This document shows positions 47,501 through 55,540 of a stretch of 64,000 nt of DNA, piece by piece. The DNA lies in the NCBI GenBank assembly GCA_035291085.1, contig DATDTA010000145.1, forward strand, positions 193-64,192. Reading direction: 5' to 3'. A model generated the notes under the pieces. That model saw only the letters and a list, made by a program, of their open reading frames with translations. It did not search any database and had not been told where the DNA came from. Position numbers and translations under genes: made by a program. The DNA is from Candidatus Nanoarchaeia archaeon. GTDB taxonomy: Archaea; Nanobdellota; Nanobdellia; Woesearchaeales; GW2011-AR9. How positions within the stretch are numbered: the stretch's first letter is position 1; each line of letters starts with the position of its first letter.

Positions 47501-48199
47501 TTAAGCTTTGTAATTTTGGATTATAAATCTTCTGCAATTAAAGCCATACATTCCGGCATCTTCAGACTTAATAGAAAATTTCTTTACCGCTTCCAGCCAG
47601 GCGCGTCTTTCTCCGTTCTCATTATCATTGGCGGAAGCATTAAACTCATCAAAGCAAATCATTGCTCCTTGACTAATCATGCTTTTAGAAAATATATAAT
47701 TTAAAACCTCTTCAGTAGATTCATAAAGATCACAGTCAACATGGACTAAAGCAAATTTCTGGTTTTCTGGAAGCTGGGGAAGAGTTTCATTGAACCATCC
47801 CGGATAAATTTTGAGATTATTAATATATTTTTCACATTTTTTTCTGACAGATTCTGGATTGCCTTTGAAATCACCTTTTTTCCATTTGCCCTGGGCTACT
47901 TCTTTCATTCCTGAAGCTATACTCTTTATTTCAGGAAGCCCTTGGAAACTGTCAAATAATAATAAAGCCTTATTATTTTTCTTTATTCTGGATAAAGCAT
48001 AGCTGATATAAGAAGCGCTGAACCCATTCGAAACTCCAAATTCAGCAATATCCCCATCAACTAAGGAATAACTCACGTAATTTACTGCGCTGATAAGACC
48101 TTGCTCACGCTGTAAGGCAGTTTCATTCCAGCTTAGCCTTTGCAAGTTTCTAAGAATATTTCTCTTTAATAATTTAAAATGCCTAATATATTTCTCCAT
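47501..48199 (-). CDS. Second TylF/MycF-family SAM methyltransferase, paralog of 45718..46458.
   Basis: GDIAEFGVSNGFS, FDSFQGLP, HVDCDLYEST. Confidence 0.7.
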   Translation of the reverse strand: MEKYIRHFKLLKRNILRNLQRLSWNETALQREQGLISAVNYVSYSLVDGDIAEFGVSNGFSASYISYALSRIKKNNKALLLFDSFQGLPEIKSIASGMKEVAQGKWKKGDFKGNPESVRKKCEKYINNLKIYPGWFNETLPQLPENQKFALVHVDCDLYESTEEVLNYIFSKSMISQGAMICFDEFNASANDNENGERRAWLEAVKKFSIKSEDAGMYGFNCRRFIIQNYKA

Positions 48200-48243
48200 C
48201 TCTCTAAAAAACAGTAATGTTTTTATAAAGATATCTGTTCTTA

Positions 48244-48331
48244 GATAAAGTCAACTAAACAATCATATCAATCACCTCTCCGACAAACAAAGAAGAACCA
48301 ATATATAGAATTATGTTTAGTTGACTTTATC
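48244..48331. repeat. Perfect 18-bp inverted repeat GATAAAGTCAACTAAACA ... TGTTTAGTTGACTTTATC around a 52-nt spacer. It abuts the second copy of the TGGTCTACTGTTCTTTT motif.
   Basis: Read directly. Arms at 48244-48261 and 48314-48331. It lies in the divergent region between 47501..48199 (-) and 48415..49038 (+). Confidence 0.75.
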
Positions 48332-48414
48332 TGGTCTACTGTTCTTTTTTCAAGACCATTTTCAAGAGCCTTATTGCGTAATCTTTATATTCCCAAAATA
48401 AGCAGTCTTAAGAT

Positions 48415-49038
48415 ATGAGCAACCAAACCAACAGTTATTTGGTCGGCTATAACTGCGGAATTAGTATTGAGATAGAAAGCTTTCCTATCTCTCAGCGCAG
48501 CCTGCGTTATCAGCAACAAGAAAACCCTTCCCTCAGTTTGGGAGACCAAGTCATTTATGCTGTAGCTCAAGTGCTACCTAAATTCCCGGAGTTCAACAGC
48601 TATTTCTCGGGGGAAGTAACAAAATACCCTTCTATTAATATCGCGTACTCAATCAATCTTGGAAAAGGACCAAAAAAAGTAGTGCTCAAAAACGCCGATA
48701 AGCTCTCCTTAGTAGAAGTTTCCTACGCCGTAAAGGCCTTCGCCTTTAAGTATATGCGGGAAAATCTGACTGAAGCTGACACAGAGGGAGCAACGACCTC
48801 CATCCTTAATCTTTCTTTTTTCAATCCCTACAGCGTGGTCACTCCTCTTTTCGCCGACCAAGCCGCCCTCCTTACCATAGCTTCTGAACGGGAGATTGTA
48901 AAAATAGTGCAAGAAAAGGCAGTGGCACAGAAAGTTTTCAATCTTTGCCTAGCCTATGACGTACGGGTTGCTGACTGCCAGAGGGCTTTGCAATTTCTCA
49001 ATGCCATAAAAGATATATTAGAAAAAAAAGAAGCGTAG
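48415..49038 (+). CDS. CAT/E2-fold (2-oxoacid dehydrogenase acyltransferase catalytic-domain-like) protein with an atypical active-site block.
   Basis: C-terminal LCLAYDVRVADCQRALQFLNAIKDILE aligns with the E2 motif SFDHRVIDGAxAARFL, but has Val in place of the catalytic His. 207 aa. Confidence 0.4.
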   Translation: MSNQTNSYLVGYNCGISIEIESFPISQRSLRYQQQENPSLSLGDQVIYAVAQVLPKFPEFNSYFSGEVTKYPSINIAYSINLGKGPKKVVLKNADKLSLVEVSYAVKAFAFKYMRENLTEADTEGATTSILNLSFFNPYSVVTPLFADQAALLTIASEREIVKIVQEKAVAQKVFNLCLAYDVRVADCQRALQFLNAIKDILEKKEA

Positions 49039-49070
49039 AATTTAAGTTCCAGCCATTTAAGCGGATTCAC

Positions 49071-50918
49071 TCAAGCCTTTTTACTTAATTTTTCCTGGTA
49101 ATACTGCTGCAGCATTCTATATAGCACTTTTTTGGTCGGCCCTTTAGGAATATCTGGCAAATCCGGCAGATTATTAATAATAATTATTTCCTTAGGCTGC
49201 TTATACCCGGCTATTTTATCTGAAAGGAAATGACGTAAATCCTCTTCCCGCACCGAGAGCCATCCTTTGTCTTCCTTAAGCTTGACAAAAGCACAAACTT
49301 CCTGTCCCAGTAGCTTACTGGGTATGCCGAACACCGCACATTCTGCTACGGCAGGATGCTTAAAGAGAACATTTTCAACTTCACTGGGATAAATGTTTTC
49401 TCCACCTTTGATGATCAGGAAATCTTTCCTGGTTTTGAAATAGATGTATCCGTCTGCATCCATATAACCGTAATCCCCACTATGAAACCAGCCGTTCCTA
49501 AAAGTTTGATAGTTTTTTTCCGGAAGCATGAAATATTCATTTGCAACATTCAAACCACGTATACAGATTTCACCCTCTTGGCCCAAGGGCAATTCATTAC
49601 CATCATCATTGCGGATGCTGATTTTATTAACAGGAAGAGCCTTGCCCACGGTTCCTACTTTTCGTTTTTCCGCAGGGAAATCATTGAAGCAGGCAAAGGA
49701 AGTAGTTTCCGTCAAACCGTAACCCTCAAACACCGGGATCTTAAAGCGGGATTCAAATTGGTTTTGCATCTCTCTGGTTAAGGGCTGCCCTCCGCAGATT
49801 ATACCTTGCATAGATTGGTCAGTGCGCTCCAGCGGCAGGCTCAACAAAATGGAAAGAATGGAAGGCATGACGCTGATCCAGTTGATGTGATATTGTTCAA
49901 TGAGACGCCAAAACGTCATCAAGCTGGTTTTACCCTGCACCATCACGGTTGAACCGCCGGCATAGAGAGGGCTTAGCAAGGTTACAACCTGCCCATTATT
50001 ATGAAAGAGTGGAAGCAGGCCTAAAGTCCTGGTTGAGGACGAAAACAGGAACCATTCAGAAAGCGCTTTGGCATCAGCCAGCAAATTGAGATGAGTAAGC
50101 ACCACGCCCTTAGGATTTCCCGTCGTTCCAGAGGTATAGATTATGACTGCTTTATCAGTTGGACTAACTTCAGGTGTTTGAAACAAATGCGCAATCGTTT
50201 GCGCAGATGAGTCGGAAAAATATTCTGAAGAAAAAAATTTTTCTGTTGAATAAAAAGTAGCGAGGGGGGCAGCGACAGCCCCTATTTTCGATTCTACAAT
50301 AGGATCAAAGAGAACCATTTTTGTTTGCGAATTAGTAATAATAAATTCCATCTCTGGAGGTGAAAGATCGGGGTTGATGGGCACGACCACTACTCCCAGC
50401 GCCAGCGCGGCAAAATAAAGTGATACGAAAGAAGAGGAAGTAGGGATGATTAAACAGAGGCGATGGCCGGGCTGTAGGCCATGTTCACCCTGAAGCTGAG
50501 CGGCAACCAATTTAATTTTATAGTCAAAATCCTGATAAGTAAAGGACTCATCTTTATCCGGAAAGAAAATAAAATCCTTTGCCAAAAAAAGTTCTTTTTT
50601 GGCTAAGAACAGTTCATAGACATTCTGGTATTCGATAGCAAATGGTTTTTCCAGACGCTGGTGCGGCAGCAGCATTTCTGAATTGATGGGCAATCCTTTT
50701 CTATTCTGAAGGTATTTACGAAGAATTGCTAGAATTGCTGGAACACCGGTCATGCGCAAAGTATCTTTATATTCCAATCTAATGCCAAACTCTTTTTCCA
50801 GCGCCGCTAAGAGCTGAATATGCTTCAGGGAATCCCAGCGCGGAGTATTGGCCATAGTCAAATCAATACTATAACTGCCCATTATTTTCTCAAACACTTC
50901 ACGAAGTTTTTGTTCCAT
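49071..50918 (-). CDS. Fusion: N-terminal ACP domain joined to an acyl-AMP/acyl-CoA ligase (adenylate-forming enzyme).
   Basis: N-terminal PRWDSLKHIQLLAALE (DSL phosphopantetheine site). AMP-binding motif IYTSGTTGNPKGVVLTH and C-terminal GWFHSGDYGYMDADGYIYFKTRKDFLIIKGGENIYP. Confidence 0.8.
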   Translation of the reverse strand: MEQKLREVFEKIMGSYSIDLTMANTPRWDSLKHIQLLAALEKEFGIRLEYKDTLRMTGVPAILAILRKYLQNRKGLPINSEMLLPHQRLEKPFAIEYQNVYELFLAKKELFLAKDFIFFPDKDESFTYQDFDYKIKLVAAQLQGEHGLQPGHRLCLIIPTSSSFVSLYFAALALGVVVVPINPDLSPPEMEFIITNSQTKMVLFDPIVESKIGAVAAPLATFYSTEKFFSSEYFSDSSAQTIAHLFQTPEVSPTDKAVIIYTSGTTGNPKGVVLTHLNLLADAKALSEWFLFSSSTRTLGLLPLFHNNGQVVTLLSPLYAGGSTVMVQGKTSLMTFWRLIEQYHINWISVMPSILSILLSLPLERTDQSMQGIICGGQPLTREMQNQFESRFKIPVFEGYGLTETTSFACFNDFPAEKRKVGTVGKALPVNKISIRNDDGNELPLGQEGEICIRGLNVANEYFMLPEKNYQTFRNGWFHSGDYGYMDADGYIYFKTRKDFLIIKGGENIYPSEVENVLFKHPAVAECAVFGIPSKLLGQEVCAFVKLKEDKGWLSVREEDLRHFLSDKIAGYKQPKEIIIINNLPDLPDIPKGPTKKVLYRMLQQYYQEKLSKKA

Positions 50919-50927
50919 TAGTCTTTC

Positions 50928-51869
50928 CTATTTTACTGAATCTTTGAAATGATCAATGATGTTTTCTGCCGCCCGCCTAGCCATCATCGAACGGCATTCC
51001 TTAGTTGCCGTTCCGATATGCGGAATAATCAAACAATTATCTTTTTTACAGAGCGGATGGCTGGCCGGAAGCGGCTCGGGATCAGTCACGTCGAGGCATG
51101 CTCCCCGAATGAATCCCTTTTGCAATGCCTCGACTAAATCGTCAGTATGGACCACCCCGCCACGGGCCATGTTGATCAAAACTGGCTTCTTCTGCATCTG
51201 CAGGAACTCTTTTTTGCCGATAAAATGTTTTGTTTCCTTGGTCAATGGGAGGTGCAGGGAAATATAATCTGCATTATTGAGGAGAAAAGGCAGTTCTACC
51301 TGCTGAATCGCGACCGGGATTGGTTCATCTGCCGGAGGTGTCGACCGGTTATAGTAAATGACCTGAAGACCAAAACCTAATGCTCTTTTGGCTACAGCTC
51401 TTCCAATTTTACCAAAACCGATGATACCCAGCGTTTTTCCGGAAAGTTCTTCACCGAGAAAAAGTTCAGGATCCCATGATTTCCATTTATCCTGATAAAT
51501 AAAATCACGGGCCGAGTGAATTTTCCTGGTCCAGGCTAAAAGTAAAGCCAAAGTCAGATCCGCAGTACTCTCGGTTACCACATTCGGAGTATTATATATA
51601 GAGATTCCTTTACTTTGCGCTGCAGCCAGATCAATATTATCTAAACCCACAGCGTAATTAGAAATTACCTGTACAGAACTATTATTAAGAATATCCGCGG
51701 TCATTTTTTCCGATACGGTCGTTAAAATTCCATCGTAGTTGGAAGTGATTTCTTTTAACTTTACTAGCGGTAACGGAGCATTTTCTTCAGAAGAGTCAAC
51801 CTGAAAATGTTTACCCAAAAGTTCTTTGGCTATCGGAGGCAAGCGCCTGGTTATAAAAATTCGCTTCAT
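50928..51869 (-). CDS. D-isomer-specific 2-hydroxyacid dehydrogenase (glyoxylate/hydroxypyruvate reductase-like).
   Basis: GKTLGIIGFGKIGRAVAKRA (NAD-binding), catalytic His region IIPHIGTAT. Confidence 0.8.
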   Translation of the reverse strand: MKRIFITRRLPPIAKELLGKHFQVDSSEENAPLPLVKLKEITSNYDGILTTVSEKMTADILNNSSVQVISNYAVGLDNIDLAAAQSKGISIYNTPNVVTESTADLTLALLLAWTRKIHSARDFIYQDKWKSWDPELFLGEELSGKTLGIIGFGKIGRAVAKRALGFGLQVIYYNRSTPPADEPIPVAIQQVELPFLLNNADYISLHLPLTKETKHFIGKKEFLQMQKKPVLINMARGGVVHTDDLVEALQKGFIRGACLDVTDPEPLPASHPLCKKDNCLIIPHIGTATKECRSMMARRAAENIIDHFKDSVK

Positions 51870-51872
51870 GTT

Positions 51873-53132
51873 TTATGATGGTACTTTTGTCGTACTCCTC
51901 CGCAAAAATTCACCTACTTTCTTCATTGCTTCATCAATTTTATCTAAATCATGAACTAGAGGGCCAAACGAAATTCTGACTGCTTCTTGCTGAGATCTTC
52001 CAAAACCCCAACCTGGAACAAAGAGCACACCAGTTGCTTTCAATACTTCCTCGACAAAGACAGCACTATCGCGACCTACTTTCATACAAGTATAAAGACC
52101 GCCCTGGGGCACAAAACAAGGCAAGCCGATATGTTCATGAATCGCTTGTACTGTTTTCTCTGCCGCTTTCTTATAAAGAGCATTTACATCTTTAAGATAC
52201 GTATGTAGACTTCCGTCAGCGATAGCTTTTTCGAGATACGTGGTTAAAGCCATTTGATGTAAAGTATCTGGACAAAGAATCGCTGATGATTGCACCGATT
52301 CAAATACGGAAATCACTTCTTCACTTGCTTCGATCCAACCCAGGCGCCTGCCTAAACCACGGCACCATTTAGAATTCGAATGCAGCGAGAGGTAATTATC
52401 GCTTGGGGGCCAGGAAAAATATTCTGGAAGCTGATCTTCGAAAACGAGGTCTTTGTAAGCAAAATCAATCACCAAGAAACCACTTGTCTCTTCCAGCGCT
52501 TGACGAGCCGCTTGGACAAAAGCATGCGGTAGTACCTGAGAAGTCGGGTTGTCTGGAGCTACCAACAACACTACTTTCGGTTTTTCCTTTCGGATGAATT
52601 GGGCAAATTCTTGAATTTTCTTCTCGGGAATATATTCCCATTTTTCTTCATCAACCACAGGAAAACGAATTATGTCTACGTCCAAAGCAGTTGTAATCTG
52701 CGTCGGGAAATTACAATAAGCTGGATCAAGCAGCAGGATTTTGTCATGCGGATCAAGCAATACCTGGAAAATATCAAAGGTCATCTGGGTAGAATTTGCG
52801 CCAATAGCGATCTGTTCGGGATGAAGTCCCCGCAGGTTGTAGATATGTTGTTCATATTTCACTAATGCTTCTTTACAAGCTAGCATCCCCAAAGTGGGTG
52901 AATACCCGCCAGACTGGTGCAATTTTTCCTCATCATTAATTATTTCCGCATAGGCTTGCTGCATTAATTTAGGAGTTTTATGGTTAACCCATCCCCCAGC
53001 AAAGGAAATCACTTCTTTCGATTCGAAACCTAACTTCTTAAAATAGGCAGGGTTGGCATAGCTCATGATCTGCCGCACCGGAGAGATCTGCCGTCTAAAC
53101 ATTACCGCTTTTTTTGAAAGTTCTGGTCTCAT
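51873..53132 (-). CDS. Class I/II PLP-dependent aminotransferase.
   Basis: LSLHSNSKWCRGLGRRLGW (SxSK PLP-lysine motif), about 420 aa. Confidence 0.75.
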   Translation of the reverse strand: MRPELSKKAVMFRRQISPVRQIMSYANPAYFKKLGFESKEVISFAGGWVNHKTPKLMQQAYAEIINDEEKLHQSGGYSPTLGMLACKEALVKYEQHIYNLRGLHPEQIAIGANSTQMTFDIFQVLLDPHDKILLLDPAYCNFPTQITTALDVDIIRFPVVDEEKWEYIPEKKIQEFAQFIRKEKPKVVLLVAPDNPTSQVLPHAFVQAARQALEETSGFLVIDFAYKDLVFEDQLPEYFSWPPSDNYLSLHSNSKWCRGLGRRLGWIEASEEVISVFESVQSSAILCPDTLHQMALTTYLEKAIADGSLHTYLKDVNALYKKAAEKTVQAIHEHIGLPCFVPQGGLYTCMKVGRDSAVFVEEVLKATGVLFVPGWGFGRSQQEAVRISFGPLVHDLDKIDEAMKKVGEFLRRSTTKVPS

Positions 53133-53156
53133 TATTTCATTTCACCTCTAACATTA

Positions 53157-53891
53157 TCACGTCATCCCGCCATCAACATTTATCACTTGTCCATTCACAT
53201 AGCTGGCCAAATCACTAGCCAGAAAAAGAGCAACCCGAGCTATCTCTTGTGGCTGGCCAATCCTTTTTAGGATGGTTTGATTCAGCAAACGTTCCCGCTG
53301 TTCAATCGTAAGGTAACTAATCATTTCTGTTTCTGTCAATCCTGGAGCTATAGCATTGACAGTAATGCCAATCGGCCCTAGCTCTTTTGCTGCAGTCTTG
53401 GTAAAACCAATTATCCCTGCCTTGCTAGAGCTATAAGCAGCTTGCCCGGGGTTGCCGAATAAACCCATCACTGAAGTGATATTGATTATCTTCCCCCCGC
53501 TAAGGAGCATTATCTTAGCTGCTTCTTTAGTGCAGAGAAAAGTTCCTTTAAGATTTGTGCCTAATATCGCTTCCCACTCCGCTTCCTCAGTCTTGAGAAT
53601 TAAATTATCCTTCAAAATGCCGGCGTTATTGATCAATACATCCAGTCGACCAAAAATTTTTTTGACTTCAGAAAACAAATGCTGCACCTGATCTGCTTTG
53701 CTGATATCTGCCTGAATAGCGATAGCGGTTGGGCAAATAGTTTTTATTTCTTGCAGGGTTTGCTGCAAAGAATCCTCGCTATGGAGATAGTTTATGATCA
53801 CTGTTGCTCCTTGTTGTGCGAAAAGAATAGCGATGGCCTTCCCGATCCCTTTGCTGGCACCAGTAATCAAAACAACTTTATTCTGAAGCAT
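53157..53891 (-). CDS. Short-chain dehydrogenase, 3-oxoacyl-ACP reductase (FabG)-like.
   Basis: VVLITGASKGIGKAIA (TGxxxGxG), NNAGI, YSSSKAG (YxxxK). Confidence 0.85.
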   Translation of the reverse strand: MLQNKVVLITGASKGIGKAIAILFAQQGATVIINYLHSEDSLQQTLQEIKTICPTAIAIQADISKADQVQHLFSEVKKIFGRLDVLINNAGILKDNLILKTEEAEWEAILGTNLKGTFLCTKEAAKIMLLSGGKIINITSVMGLFGNPGQAAYSSSKAGIIGFTKTAAKELGPIGITVNAIAPGLTETEMISYLTIEQRERLLNQTILKRIGQPQEIARVALFLASDLASYVNGQVINVDGGMT

Positions 53892-53895
53892 ATCC

Positions 53896-54291
53896 TTAAT
53901 CTCTCCGCTTTATCTGAATTTTTTCTTTCTCTTGAATGATAACAAAAGCTACTGCTTTATCTTCACAATGCGACAGGCTGATTTTGCTTTGTAAACCAGC
54001 GTACTTTTGATGATGGATTCTTATTGAAGGAACGCCATCTTGAAGATGATAAATCTCAATTTGTGTAAATGGGACGGCTTTTTTTCCCAAACCGTAAAGA
54101 GCTTTGATGATTGCTTCCTTAGCTGCAAATCGCACAGCTAGATGTGGAGCAGGATTTTTCTTTGAAAGACAGTATGCTAATTCATCAGCAGTATAGATCT
54201 TACTAAAAAAGAGACTATCTTCGGATTGCTTCAATCCGCGAAAGCGACTGATACTCTCTATATCCACGCCTATGCCGCAAGTCCAGTTCAT
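53896..54291 (-). CDS. AcpS-type 4'-phosphopantetheinyl transferase (holo-ACP synthase).
   Basis: GIGVDIESISRF, 131 aa, C-terminal SLSHCEDKAVAFVI. Confidence 0.75.
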   Translation of the reverse strand: MNWTCGIGVDIESISRFRGLKQSEDSLFFSKIYTADELAYCLSKKNPAPHLAVRFAAKEAIIKALYGLGKKAVPFTQIEIYHLQDGVPSIRIHHQKYAGLQSKISLSHCEDKAVAFVIIQEKEKIQIKRRD

Positions 54292-54330
54292 GCATTACCT
54301 CGTTTTTGAGCATTTAAATACTTTCTGAAG

Positions 54331-54837
54331 TTATGTTCTTTCTAAAAAAGATTTCCGATCAAGAGCATAATGAAAAATCCGTGAATCGCTACCATCAATC
54401 CTCAAAAAATGAAAACCAAAACTCTCAAAAAGCTTCTTAGATATTTCATTGTGCTGCATGATTCGTGCGGTAATGGTATGTACATTCTCTTGAGAGAGAT
54501 ATTCTTCAAAAGCAAGACTTAAGGATTTCTTCCCATACCCTTGCTGCCGAAAATCTGGATTGAGATTGATGCTCACCTCCGCTTCCTCATCACGACGATC
54601 GAAGCGGATCATTCCGACCTTCTGCTGTTCGAGATTGACAATTAAATACAGCCGAGTAGACGGTTTCTGCAGTACATTTAAATACCACTTTTCATGAATT
54701 TCCAGAGCAACTTCTCCAGTAGGAGAGAAAGCTATGCTTACGGGATCATTTCGCCAACGTAGGATATCCCAACAGTCATCCATTGTAGCAAGACGAAGCG
54801 AGATATTAATACTCCTTAAATTCTGGTAGTGGCCCAT
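54331..54837 (-). CDS. GNAT-family N-acetyltransferase.
   Basis: 168 aa. RQQGYGKKSL (acetyl-CoA binding Q/RxxGxG/A block). Confidence 0.65.
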   Translation of the reverse strand: MGHYQNLRSINISLRLATMDDCWDILRWRNDPVSIAFSPTGEVALEIHEKWYLNVLQKPSTRLYLIVNLEQQKVGMIRFDRRDEEAEVSINLNPDFRQQGYGKKSLSLAFEEYLSQENVHTITARIMQHNEISKKLFESFGFHFLRIDGSDSRIFHYALDRKSFLERT

Positions 54838-55492
54838 ATTTTTCTTCTAATTGCTTTTTTCCCATTGCGATTTTCTGAGGATCAGCGGTAAAAGAGCGCG
54901 GATGTCTTTTATATAAATACAAGGGTTTAGGAACATGCACTCCTTTATATTTAGTGAGGATGCGAAACAGCAAGTCGTATTCTGGAAACATAAAACGCTG
55001 GTCCCAGAAGCCAATTTCTTCGAGAATTTTCTTCCGAAAAAGAATTCCTGCTGCAAGTGTATTCAAGATGTTTTTGCAGCTTATTTCTTTTCTTGCGTTA
55101 GTGCGCAAGTCAATTTCATGATAATCACTGTAGGCAAACGCATATTCACGGCGGTTGCTATAATCTTCATATGGGGCCCCAGATTGAAGACCACTATAAA
55201 GCTCTGAGAGCATATTTGGACTGCATTCATCATCACCATCGAGAAAAACCACATATTCCCCTCTCGCTAAGCGTAGCCCTTCATAACCAGCTTTGATCAT
55301 GCCTTGGTTCTGTTGATGTAATACACGTAATCTGGGGTGATGAAAGGAATCGATGAGGTCACGAGTTTCTTTTTCACTCCCGTCGTCAATAACGAGAATC
55401 TCAAAGTCAGCAAAATCCTGCCGCAAAGCGCTCCGAATTGCTTTGTCAACTAGATTGAGATCGTTATGGGTGCGAATAATTAAGGAAATCAT
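54806..55492 (-). CDS. GT2-family glycosyltransferase.
   Basis: ISLIIRTHNDLNLVDKAIRS, VIDDGSEKET, FLDGDD (DxD). Confidence 0.7.
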   Translation of the reverse strand: MISLIIRTHNDLNLVDKAIRSALRQDFADFEILVIDDGSEKETRDLIDSFHHPRLRVLHQQNQGMIKAGYEGLRLARGEYVVFLDGDDECSPNMLSELYSGLQSGAPYEDYSNRREYAFAYSDYHEIDLRTNARKEISCKNILNTLAAGILFRKKILEEIGFWDQRFMFPEYDLLFRILTKYKGVHVPKPLYLYKRHPRSFTADPQKIAMGKKQLEEKYGPLPEFKEY

Positions 55493-55540
55493 GCTGATCA
55501 GCTTCGGTCTGCTCCGCCCCTGCTTCTACCACCTACTCTT

